A stretch of DNA of 64,000 nt, taken from the IMG/VR virus record IMGVR_UViG_3300027985_000918, positions 338,384 to 402,383 of that record. The stretch is one strand, 5' to 3'. Below, piece after piece: positions 9,901 through 17,936 of the stretch. The translations under genes were made by a program, and so were the position numbers. The first letter of the stretch is position 1. Each line of letters starts with the position of its first letter. The notes beneath the pieces were generated by a model. It did not search any database, was not told the DNA's origin, and worked only from the letters and a program-made list of their open reading frames with translations.

Positions 9901-12100
9901 GTTTGATCTCCATGTCCTGCTTGCGCCCCTTGGGCACTGGCTCCACGATCACCACAGGTTCCCCAGACTTCTCGTCAGTCTTGAACTCTTTGATAACCCC
10001 CTTCTTATTCTTGTACTTGCCGTACAAGACGGGGTCACCGACATTCAGGGTGAAGGTTTTGGCGATCCGCAGAGCTGCCTCCTTCATCCACTCGTTATCC
10101 TCCGGGGGGTACAGCTCCTGGAGGTGTGGCATCTCATCCTGGAGGCCCGTGTAGACCCCCTTGAGCAAAGTCTTCTTCGCCTGGGTGTTCAGGGCCCTAT
10201 GGACCCTGTTCCATGTGGTGGAATTCTCCAGGGCACGGTCCAGGAGGGACATCGAGGCTCCCGCCCAGAGGTTTCCGGCCCCCCCCTGCTCATGGACGTA
10301 ATCAATCACTTCGTCCACGATCTGCTGCATGAACGCCCGGATCTCAGTCGCTTCGTTGTGGTAGGTGTCCTCGTCAAGGTGACTGATTCCCCCTGGGGCA
10401 AGAAGGTCCCGGAGGTGGGTGATTTCATGAATCAGAACCGAGTACACCTCCTTGGCGACCCGGGCCTCATTGTCCAGAAACGCCTTGGGGGACTTGGCAG
10501 CATCGAGAGTGACCGTCATCTGGTACTTGAACGCATGGCTCCCCTGAACCCTCTGCGTAACTGCCCCCCCTACCACATACTGCCGGGGACCGCTGAAACC
10601 CAAGGCCTTGTTTCTGGACTCAACCTTGACATCCACAGCCACAAGGGCGCCCTTCACATCCTGGACGACGTACTTAGCGACGACAAAACCCCATGTGTCC
10701 GGCCGGAACCCCCGCTGGGAGTACAGAGAGTCAGAAGGGTCATCTCGAAACCGTAGGTGCTGGGGCAGCACCTGCATGATCTTGTCCGTCAGCCCCTTGG
10801 CCTCGACCTTGTTGATCGGAATAGGACGAGCAGCCCTCTTCTTGGTGTACGCCTGTGCCACTCGGAACACTGCCCCAGCGGTACGCTGCCAGCTTTCTGA
10901 GGTCATCCCCATCCGCTTAGCCGGCACCTGTCCTTTGCCCACCGTCCCCTGTCCCCGGGCAAGCCTCATAAGGGGCTTGCCATACAAACCGGACATGCTC
11001 AGCGCCCTCTGCATCCTGAACTTGCCCACATCGGACAGCTTCTCGGGGGCCGACATGAAGGCAACGAAAGACTCTGCAAAGTCCTCCCTCTCGTTGGTCT
11101 TGGCGTACTCAGTGGGCACATGTAGGGCTTCGATAGCCTGGGCCACCGCAGAGTCACCCTGGGCATACTCTGCCACCTGCTCTTCGGTGAGAACAGGGTG
11201 GTGGTAGCTAGAGTACGAGTCCAGCACTCCCATCTTGTCCTGCTTCTGGCGCCATGCCCGGGAAAGAACCTGGTCGAACCTCTCAGTCCCAGGAGTCACC
11301 CCCTGGTTCTCCTCGACGTGCTTCTGGAACCAGGACCGCAGAGCCTTATTCCGGCTGAGCCGCTTAGCGATCTGCTTCAGATGGTAGACGTTAGCATTCC
11401 CCATCCAGAAGGTCAGATCTTCTATGAGCCCCCGAAAATCCTGCTGGGCCTCGGAGCCCATCTCCAGAAAGGGGTCGGAGCTGCTGTACTTCTCCATGCC
11501 TGCACGGAGCTTGTGAACCTGAGGCATCCCCCAGACCTCAATCTCGTCGAAGGACCAGGAACCAGTCGGGATCGGACCCTCCCACTCAGTGTCGAGACCG
11601 TCGAGGTATTCAAGGGTGGTGTGGGGGCGGTAAACCGTCCAGCTATCCGTTACCTCGACCCCAATGTCCTGGATAGCCGACTTGAGACGGTCCCGAAGCT
11701 CTGCCATGCGGTGACTGAATCGAATGGGGAGAATAGCAACCCGCCGCTGCTGGGATTCATGGGTGAAGTAGTCCAACCCCTCCAGTTTGGCCTGTACGGG
11801 CCCCCTCAGTTCTTCGGACACCACCCGCTGGCAGGTCTCGATGAACTCGTCCTCATGACCCTTGACGTTGCCAACGTAGAGCAGAGTGACGTGGGGCGGA
11901 CTCTTGTCGTTACCCGACTTTTTCACCGGAAACTGGCTGGAAATCCCCCGGGGTAGAGGAATGAACAGCCCTGTCCACTCCGTGCTGTCGCCGGTCTTTT
12001 TGCCGTCATCGGGACCGGCGTGCCTTTTAGCCCAATCAGCCTTGACCTGCTGCCGGACGGCCAATCTGCGAGCCTGTGCTTGAAGAATAGGGTGCTCCAC
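6980..12100 (-). CDS. 1706-aa multidomain protein: 2H phosphoesterase, zincin-like, KOW/SH3, DNA topoisomerase IB, helical C-terminus
   Basis: HVT and HTT motifs (about 11890 and 11620); YAKTNEREDFAESF; HEITH at 10416-10430 with downstream NEATEIRA; VGDPVLYGKYKNKKG; TopIB residues in YERVGN, VGKSG, KDMRGY, VGH and SQY. Confidence 0.8.
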   Translation of the reverse strand: MEHPILQAQARRLAVRQQVKADWAKRHAGPDDGKKTGDSTEWTGLFIPLPRGISSQFPVKKSGNDKSPPHVTLLYVGNVKGHEDEFIETCQRVVSEELRGPVQAKLEGLDYFTHESQQRRVAILPIRFSHRMAELRDRLKSAIQDIGVEVTDSWTVYRPHTTLEYLDGLDTEWEGPIPTGSWSFDEIEVWGMPQVHKLRAGMEKYSSSDPFLEMGSEAQQDFRGLIEDLTFWMGNANVYHLKQIAKRLSRNKALRSWFQKHVEENQGVTPGTERFDQVLSRAWRQKQDKMGVLDSYSSYHHPVLTEEQVAEYAQGDSAVAQAIEALHVPTEYAKTNEREDFAESFVAFMSAPEKLSDVGKFRMQRALSMSGLYGKPLMRLARGQGTVGKGQVPAKRMGMTSESWQRTAGAVFRVAQAYTKKRAARPIPINKVEAKGLTDKIMQVLPQHLRFRDDPSDSLYSQRGFRPDTWGFVVAKYVVQDVKGALVAVDVKVESRNKALGFSGPRQYVVGGAVTQRVQGSHAFKYQMTVTLDAAKSPKAFLDNEARVAKEVYSVLIHEITHLRDLLAPGGISHLDEDTYHNEATEIRAFMQQIVDEVIDYVHEQGGAGNLWAGASMSLLDRALENSTTWNRVHRALNTQAKKTLLKGVYTGLQDEMPHLQELYPPEDNEWMKEAALRIAKTFTLNVGDPVLYGKYKNKKGVIKEFKTDEKSGEPVVIVEPVPKGRKQDMEIKLFKLRYDEAAATAGGLSKEAVLRVSAKYQKKKEVPKADGKGTTTVYEYSEGQIELRNREKAKQVEKLRGSITKLRAQVSKDLKSKDEDTRLKALIVGLMDETYERVGNEESAEDGHYGVTGWKVKHLTFSGNKVTVKYVGKSGVSHEKVVSDPALVSALKAAKEGKGENDSLTGDISAEDVNEYLEPFGITAKDMRGYHANAEMQSRLKDIRSKGGELPEDKKERGKLLKKEFEQALKETAKAVGHEPSTLKSQYLVPGLADKYLASGEVMKRLDKKGSDEDPVRLGKGASTSLRLAAEWIRKAAGRVASAYLYRQATKDEGEKENEEVERMNRPKPSKKPPRQDLRRNRMDEYDPDVDDTGKAEKDPDLSLNYKKVAAITDAGDRMLMVLSGPPIRIAGKVPQDAEHKEGDYWQTENGWGVWPPKSKQPTSAPDEESAKRRAEGGGEGEEEEDPEVAAQQAEERKVKEREQQRAKQQRQLADFDKAVQGMDLGDLWPEEPEYPEVPEDQESAQGVRDHIQRLKAEYEKNVASAKQELAEAYASHMGQLLSARAEDGGLTVDVLKRAQSALKRGTKGLAEAAPQVRAKRLAEYVFATKVVANPRLVGGRAVNNNNKTAEELHGRSLEAYHQFRKAGPGLLDAAADQLKQELDKADPESDEYIELDAIKSGMMLAAAVQGRQLSGTEEMSKSFQRMAQSLAVLGDEDVLLKGASDLYSPEGRVKVRDALDIMSDDELVETVAGDNSPYEAIGRVLTDDDEDNHITAEGRAFARDVLKMLALNDMTVTQGFLNAFHKGKETDEKGKGKTKPTSKPTTDPESLAERVRQAKTDDKALKGAADELAHCIAKAVTQEDLESCLKAGEGVQVQDLRLTMSTAEKLSGTVPDKMNPNVARVRHVSETGDLSVLDQKVEPKDDGRKVREDKQNPEKTPEQKKQEWLKNVTDPKERKRIREMRPDAFRAYMRAVTEDKELPS

Positions 12101-12144
12101 CGGGTGTTCCTCCAGTCTCTACCTTCGGCAGAGCTATAAACAAA

Positions 12145-14052
12145 TCACAGCGCCGGTGATGGCCTGTGCCCCTTGAAGCGGGCCTCCTTCCCGGACACTG
12201 GCTTAGTCAGGCCACTCTCCAGCTCACCCTGAAGCTCGGGATCAATGTGGGTGTCGCTCGCCAGAGCTTCCTCAGCGGCCTCTCGGATAGCTCTCTTGAT
12301 GGCTTCCTGGAAAGTATCCTTGAGGAAACGGTGAATCTCGTTCTGCTGTACTGAGCCAAACCGGGACATGCCCTCTTCCTTCGGTTTGGTATACTTCAGA
12401 CCCAGGACATCGGCCACTCGCTGGACAGCGTCGGAGGACTCCGCCAAGGCGTCCCCGACACGGCTGTAGACCGCCCGCAAGACTTCATTGAACGTAGCGT
12501 CCTGGAGTGTAAAAGTGTCCCTCTCCAGCTTCTCTCGGACGGTGTCGGCATCAAGGTTCAGCAAATCCAGAATGGTCTCGATGTCCAAACTCCCCTTCTG
12601 GTAGAGATTGAACAATGTGTCGAATGTCTCCTGGTTATCCCGCAAAGCCAAACGGGTGAACGACAGCCTCGGATGGATGACCACCTCTTCGCCGTCTTCG
12701 TCGTACTCGATGAACCCCATGCGGCGGCACATCGGCTCCAAAAGTTGCCGGTCTACGAAATCCTGAAGCAGCTCACGCAGCAACAGATAGCGGACGTTGA
12801 TCACCTCCAAGTGGATGCGGTCCCCACTGTAGCTCGACTCACCGGACAGCAAAGATTCAGTGACCCCGAGACCGGCATAAAGCTGCCGGTCAGTGAGGTC
12901 GTACTCGGAGGACAGGTCCAGCAAGCGGGAGTCCGCCCCCCCGCCCCGCTCTTCCCAGTTGACCTGGAAGTTCGTGATGACACTATAGTCCGGGTCCTGA
13001 AGAGCCAGATCCACCTGGTCCCGCAGCTCTTCCGTCTGCTCGGCGTTCATGTCCTCCGCCCAGATGATGCGGTAGGGGGTCATGTGCCGGGAGGCGATGG
13101 ATGTCTGGGCCTGGCGGAGTTTATCCCGGAACACCAGGACTCGGAGACACCGCTGAAGGATAGACTTCCCCCGAGCCTCGTACTGACTCTTCTTGCGGGC
13201 CAGGTAGTGGCAGAAGCTGCCCGCCTCAGGGGTGGTGTTCAAGGGGATGTTCTCACCCCGGAGGACGTAGTCCACAACCTCGGTAGGCATGGACTCGACC
13301 ACCTCTCGGGCTCGGAGATCTCCCTGAGTAGCCCTCTCGATGATGGCCTTGGTCTTGCTATCGGGAATCAGCTCAATGAGGCGCTTGTCCGTGAAGGGGA
13401 ACGCCTCCATCTGAATCTGCTCGGGGGGAAGAACTCGGAGAGCCGACCAGCCCTTGTAATTCTTCTTCACCCACTGGACCATCCTCTTTCGGGCATCCGG
13501 GTAAGGCCGCTCTTCCTCTACCAGGGACCCGTCAGCAGCAATCTCACGATATGTCTCATGAGTCACCTCCCGGGGCATATCTGGACTCGTGTCCTCTGCG
13601 AACACGAATACCTCCCCGACGAGGTAATATTCGTGGACCACCTCCAAAAGACGGTGCAGCAGACCAATATAGCGAACCCACCGCTCACAGAACCTCATGG
13701 ACGCCTCAGCCAGCTTCTTGTTCTTGGCCTTAGGCTTGCGGAGGCGTAGCTTGGAAAGGGGGAGTTCCCCGTGCAGATCGATGGCCTGACCCACAAAGGG
13801 GTCGTTGTCGTAAAAGAAGCGGAAATAGTTCCGCATCTCATCTACGGACTGAGGCAGCTCCAGGAAATCTGGGCTCAGCTCGGGACTGTAGAAGTTGCCC
13901 CCCGAGCCAACCATGGCCCCACCCGTAGCAGGGTAGGCCATCTTGAGGCGGGCTGTTCCGGTAACGAGCTTGCCGGGTTTGCCTACCTTGACCTTGTCCC
14001 GCTCGGGAAGGGTAGCCACCTTGACTGTATGCTTGGGATCGTTCTTCTTCAT
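12145..14052 (-). CDS. Portal protein (635 aa)
   Basis: Downstream of terminase; FYDNDPFVGQAIDL, YEARGKSILQRC..RDKLRQAQ pattern; size typical of large-phage portals. Confidence 0.75.
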   Translation of the reverse strand: MKKNDPKHTVKVATLPERDKVKVGKPGKLVTGTARLKMAYPATGGAMVGSGGNFYSPELSPDFLELPQSVDEMRNYFRFFYDNDPFVGQAIDLHGELPLSKLRLRKPKAKNKKLAEASMRFCERWVRYIGLLHRLLEVVHEYYLVGEVFVFAEDTSPDMPREVTHETYREIAADGSLVEEERPYPDARKRMVQWVKKNYKGWSALRVLPPEQIQMEAFPFTDKRLIELIPDSKTKAIIERATQGDLRAREVVESMPTEVVDYVLRGENIPLNTTPEAGSFCHYLARKKSQYEARGKSILQRCLRVLVFRDKLRQAQTSIASRHMTPYRIIWAEDMNAEQTEELRDQVDLALQDPDYSVITNFQVNWEERGGGADSRLLDLSSEYDLTDRQLYAGLGVTESLLSGESSYSGDRIHLEVINVRYLLLRELLQDFVDRQLLEPMCRRMGFIEYDEDGEEVVIHPRLSFTRLALRDNQETFDTLFNLYQKGSLDIETILDLLNLDADTVREKLERDTFTLQDATFNEVLRAVYSRVGDALAESSDAVQRVADVLGLKYTKPKEEGMSRFGSVQQNEIHRFLKDTFQEAIKRAIREAAEEALASDTHIDPELQGELESGLTKPVSGKEARFKGHRPSPAL

Positions 14053-14420
14053 TCAGCCCACCCCAAACGCTCCATCACCTTCTGATCCTCCCTACGCTGC
14101 TCCCGACGTTTCTGCTCAGCAGCTTCACGGCGTGCTCGGGCAGGAGGAACCTTACTGGACTCGGGGGTCAGATCGGGATCTGAGGAAACACCAGAGTCGA
14201 GATAACCCAAAGAGTTGATCTGGGAGAGGACCGCCCGAAGAGAAACCTCCTGAGCCTTAGCCCGGAGTCTGAGCGGGGCGAGTTCAGGATCACGACTGCG
14301 GGCGACACGGCGGCAGACGTCCATTGCCCGATCTAGGCTCTTCCTGGCAGCCGCCAGATGCCCCTGAAGCTCATGGTCGGAGGCGTTCCTCGCCAATGCT
14401 GCTTTTGTCCCACTGGCCAT
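14049..14420 (-). CDS. Hypothetical protein (123 aa)
   Basis: Start refined to ATG 14420 (MASGTKAALARNAS), which overlaps the upstream stop; its stop overlaps the portal start. Confidence 0.55.
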   Translation of the reverse strand: MASGTKAALARNASDHELQGHLAAARKSLDRAMDVCRRVARSRDPELAPLRLRAKAQEVSLRAVLSQINSLGYLDSGVSSDPDLTPESSKVPPARARREAAEQKRREQRREDQKVMERLGWAE

Positions 14421-14674
14421 CAAATCCAGTCCTTCTCCCTCTTGGTCAAAAAGCCGTGCTTTGCTGCCGCCTTGATGATCCTCTTCAGGAGTGCAACGTC
14501 CAGGGGAGAGCCTTTGAAGACCCTCTCCCAAGATCCACCCAGTAGAGAGAATACCCGGGAAATCCGAGCGAGTTCCGACCCACGCACCTCCACCTTGTTT
14601 CCGACTGTCACGTCGATCAGCTTCGTTAGGAACCGCTGGTCAGCTCGGACAGGATGAATGGGTCCAGGAGTCAT
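14420..14674 (-). CDS. Hypothetical protein (84 aa)
   Basis: ATG at 14674, 1 nt after the terminase stop; translationally coupled on both sides. Confidence 0.55.
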   Translation of the reverse strand: MTPGPIHPVRADQRFLTKLIDVTVGNKVEVRGSELARISRVFSLLGGSWERVFKGSPLDVALLKRIIKAAAKHGFLTKREKDWI

Positions 14675-14675
14675 A

Positions 14676-16673
14676 TCACCTTCCTCGGATACTTCCCCGG
14701 TTGGACCGGGAGGGTTGGCGATCCGGGCTCGATCCGCCCCCCTGCATGGCACGGATGCGAGCCTTGCGGGCCTGCTTAGCGGTCAAAGCCCTCTGGGGGA
14801 GCATCCCCGGCGGCAAGTTGTTGTTCCGGCCAGCAATGTGCTTGGGCTTGATGATGTGCTGGCTGGCACACCAGACCATGCGAACAAGTGCATCCGACAT
14901 GTCGTCGTGCTTACCTTTGATGTTTGGAGCCTCCACAGTCACCAGATACTTGGTTTGGTACTCTGCCTGGAGTTCCAGCAGCTCTTCGATGTACGGGCAA
15001 TGCTCAGCGGCTTCGGGGTCCCCCGTCTTTGACGGCTTGGGCCAGTCGTACAACCTCAGCCTCTTGTCCCACATGAAGTCCTTGAAGTTACGGAACATCT
15101 GGGAGCTGAGCTGCTTGGTGAAATGCTCAGACTGGAGCATCTTCAAACCCCGGTTATGGAGGGCCTGCTCAAACACGATCCCCGCCCACTGATCGAAAAT
15201 CCCCTCTGCGAACATGAACCGCTTGGAAAAGCCGGTAACCCAGTCGGCCACATCGTCGAACTCCAGCCTCTCCAAATGGGCGTACTCACCCTCCCCAGCC
15301 CGAATCTGTTCAACGACATCCAGCTCGATCGTACCGTCGTCCCCCAGATGCCCGATGGCAATGGCGCTGCCATCCCCCGCAAGAGCGAAGTCGAGACCAA
15401 TGTAATGGGGCTGGCGAGACCGCCCCCGGAGCTTCGGGCGAAGCTCAGTGTCCACACAGGCCAGGAGGTCGTCCTCGTCCTCAATCCACCCCCGGGTGCG
15501 ATCCGTGAAGTGCCCACCGTATTCGGTGAAAAACACAACGGGGTCGGCCCGGTATGCCTGCTCCAACTCATCCCCATCCACGAAAGGGTTGACCTCCCAA
15601 GTTGGAGCCTGGATGGCGATCATGTTGGGGGCGCCACTCATAGCAAGTTGGAATTGCTTGTAGAACTCCCCCTGCCTTCCCAGAGGAGAGCTGATCCCGA
15701 TCATGCGGCCTTCGACCGGACCGCCCGCAGCGGGAGAAAAAGCAGACATGGACGGTTTTACAGCGTTCCACACCTCGGTGGCCGAGGACTGGCCCGCATC
15801 CGTAAAGTGGGCCATCTCATCAAGGATAATCACAATGTTACCGGCACCCCGGAGACCTTTGGCTCGGCAGGGACGGAACGTCACACGGATGGTAGCATTG
15901 GCCTTTTCATCATCCACATACCGGCCATACCTCTCGATGTCCTTCGGGGTCTGGAACCTGGCATAGGACATGGTATTGTTGGCGGTATACGGGGCAAAGA
16001 AAGCACAGTCTTTGTAATACCCTGCCACCTTGCTATAAAGGATGCCAGCCTGTTCCTTATCGGTCGCTACCGAAATTAGCTGGATGGGTTCACCTGCGGG
16101 CAGTCCATAGTATTCCTGGGGATCGCCTTTGGAAATCAGCTTATATGTCTCGTAAGCACCGATGATTGAAGCCAACTGGGTTTTGCCCGAACGACGGCCC
16201 ACCGACAAGATCATGACCCGCAGCTCCGTTCCCGGAGCCGTCCTTACACTGCATTGTCCCTTCTCAAACAGGTAATTTAGGTACTCAACCTCCGACATGA
16301 ACTTCCACTTGCGGCGCTTCCAGTCAGAGACCATCACCACGTTCTCGTACAGACCCCCCCAATCATCCTGGCTCATGACGTGAGGGAACGTGTTCGCCAG
16401 ACTGAGGGCCTGCCTCGGGCGACGGTTCTTGAGGGTGATCTCATCGTACTGGGGGTGACTCCGGGGAACGGGCTTGGAAAGATCCAGACCGTAGGGGTTG
16501 TCGTCCAGGGGCATCCCATAGTGCAACTTGAGGATGATCCTCTGCACTGGGTACAGCTCCATCCCCAGACCCCATCGGGACTCAGCAAACGTGAGGATGT
16601 CTGCTACAGAGGTAGACCCGGTGCCCTTCTGGGCGGCACCAATGTCAAGGGCTAGGCTGGCGAGATTCGGCAT
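14676..16673 (-). CDS. terL: Terminase large subunit (665 aa)
   Basis: Walker A VGRRSGKT, Walker B IVIILDEMAH, coupling motif ISSP, RNase H-like nuclease YIGLDFA / FDQW / HDDMSDA. Confidence 0.9.
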   Translation of the reverse strand: MPNLASLALDIGAAQKGTGSTSVADILTFAESRWGLGMELYPVQRIILKLHYGMPLDDNPYGLDLSKPVPRSHPQYDEITLKNRRPRQALSLANTFPHVMSQDDWGGLYENVVMVSDWKRRKWKFMSEVEYLNYLFEKGQCSVRTAPGTELRVMILSVGRRSGKTQLASIIGAYETYKLISKGDPQEYYGLPAGEPIQLISVATDKEQAGILYSKVAGYYKDCAFFAPYTANNTMSYARFQTPKDIERYGRYVDDEKANATIRVTFRPCRAKGLRGAGNIVIILDEMAHFTDAGQSSATEVWNAVKPSMSAFSPAAGGPVEGRMIGISSPLGRQGEFYKQFQLAMSGAPNMIAIQAPTWEVNPFVDGDELEQAYRADPVVFFTEYGGHFTDRTRGWIEDEDDLLACVDTELRPKLRGRSRQPHYIGLDFALAGDGSAIAIGHLGDDGTIELDVVEQIRAGEGEYAHLERLEFDDVADWVTGFSKRFMFAEGIFDQWAGIVFEQALHNRGLKMLQSEHFTKQLSSQMFRNFKDFMWDKRLRLYDWPKPSKTGDPEAAEHCPYIEELLELQAEYQTKYLVTVEAPNIKGKHDDMSDALVRMVWCASQHIIKPKHIAGRNNNLPPGMLPQRALTAKQARKARIRAMQGGGSSPDRQPSRSNRGSIRGR

Positions 16674-16680
16674 GGAATCC

Positions 16681-17364
16681 TCACACGGCGCTTCGGATTC
16701 GAGCCTTGGCCTCGGCTTCCCATGTGGGGTCGCTCGTCAGAGCGGCGAACTTGGCGAACACCGTCTCGATCATCTCGGGGCGGGAACCCACTGCCGACAT
16801 AGCCTCTTTGAAAGTGCTCATGACGTGGGAGAAATACGCCTGAACAGCGGGGCTCTCTGGGTTGAACGACCTCTCCCGATTACGGTCAATGCGCCTCTGA
16901 AGGGTGTCTGCCAGAGCCTTTAGACCCTGGACCCTTCGGGTAGAGATGTTGGCCGTCTCAGCAATCTTCCCAGACCGCTCCAGCTCTTTCCGGGCAAAGG
17001 CCAAAGAAGCCTGCTCTTCACCGAGGGCGAGGATGATGGCAGTCATCAAATCTTCCTCGGTGTCCTGACGGGCTGCCCGAAGAACGTTGTCCTCCGAGAG
17101 AGCCTGATCCTTCTTGCTGAGGATGGCGGCTACAGTATCGTTGGCCGGCTCGACCTCAATCTTCTTCTTGCGGCCAGGCCTCCCCATCATGCAAATGGGA
17201 GACCCGTCCGATTTGGTCTGGATCTCATCCGAGGTTGCCAGATCTTCGATGGCCTTGTACTTCAGCTCACCCAGTTCAGTACGGACCTGCACCCGACGGG
17301 CACCCTCGGGAGCCTTAGAAAGCACAACCTCATGGTCTTGACCCTGGTGCGTCTTCCGTGCCAT
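16681..17364 (-). CDS. Probable terminase small subunit (227 aa)
   Basis: Directly upstream of terL, helical and charged; assignment from position only. Confidence 0.45.
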   Translation of the reverse strand: MARKTHQGQDHEVVLSKAPEGARRVQVRTELGELKYKAIEDLATSDEIQTKSDGSPICMMGRPGRKKKIEVEPANDTVAAILSKKDQALSEDNVLRAARQDTEEDLMTAIILALGEEQASLAFARKELERSGKIAETANISTRRVQGLKALADTLQRRIDRNRERSFNPESPAVQAYFSHVMSTFKEAMSAVGSRPEMIETVFAKFAALTSDPTWEAEAKARIRSAV

Positions 17365-17936
17365 TAGGTCAACTCCGGTGCTCCGAATGTGGGAACCCCA
17401 TCGGCCATGAACCCGTTACTGGGGGTGATCGTTCCGAAATTCACCACCGAGCTGGACCCCAGGAACTCGAAACCCACCTGCATCATTGGGTTGCCGTAGG
17501 AGATAGACACTGTAGTCGACGTACCCGAAGAGTTGTCCGCTGTGAACCCCCCTCCTAGGGCATTGATGGCAGCCACCAGGTAATTCGCTGTGACCTGTGC
17601 TGTGGGGCCCGGGAGCCAGTCCACACCCTGGCGTAGGGCATAGTCCCCCAGAACGAGCCTCCAGTCGGCGGCCGAGAAGTCGTTGTTAGCCACTACGAAT
17701 GAGGCCGTAAGATCTGCACGGAGGGTGGTATCCAGGAGGACATTCCCCTTGGGGTCATTGCCCACAAACCCAACATGGCTGCGGACAGTGTCCGTGTACC
17801 GATTGGTTGGGGGTCCTCCCACCTGTGCGGGATCCTCCCCGTGAGTGAGGGTGCCCGCTAGAGTCGTGAACCCCTTCCCCAAGACGAACCGAGGGGTGAT
17901 ACCAGTATTCGGCTGGTACACGGGTTTTGCCATCAC
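17364..17936 (-). CDS. Hypothetical virion structural protein (190 aa)
   Basis: G/T/N-rich beta-type composition, coupled within the structural operon. Confidence 0.55.
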   Translation of the reverse strand: MMAKPVYQPNTGITPRFVLGKGFTTLAGTLTHGEDPAQVGGPPTNRYTDTVRSHVGFVGNDPKGNVLLDTTLRADLTASFVVANNDFSAADWRLVLGDYALRQGVDWLPGPTAQVTANYLVAAINALGGGFTADNSSGTSTTVSISYGNPMMQVGFEFLGSSSVVNFGTITPSNGFMADGVPTFGAPELT

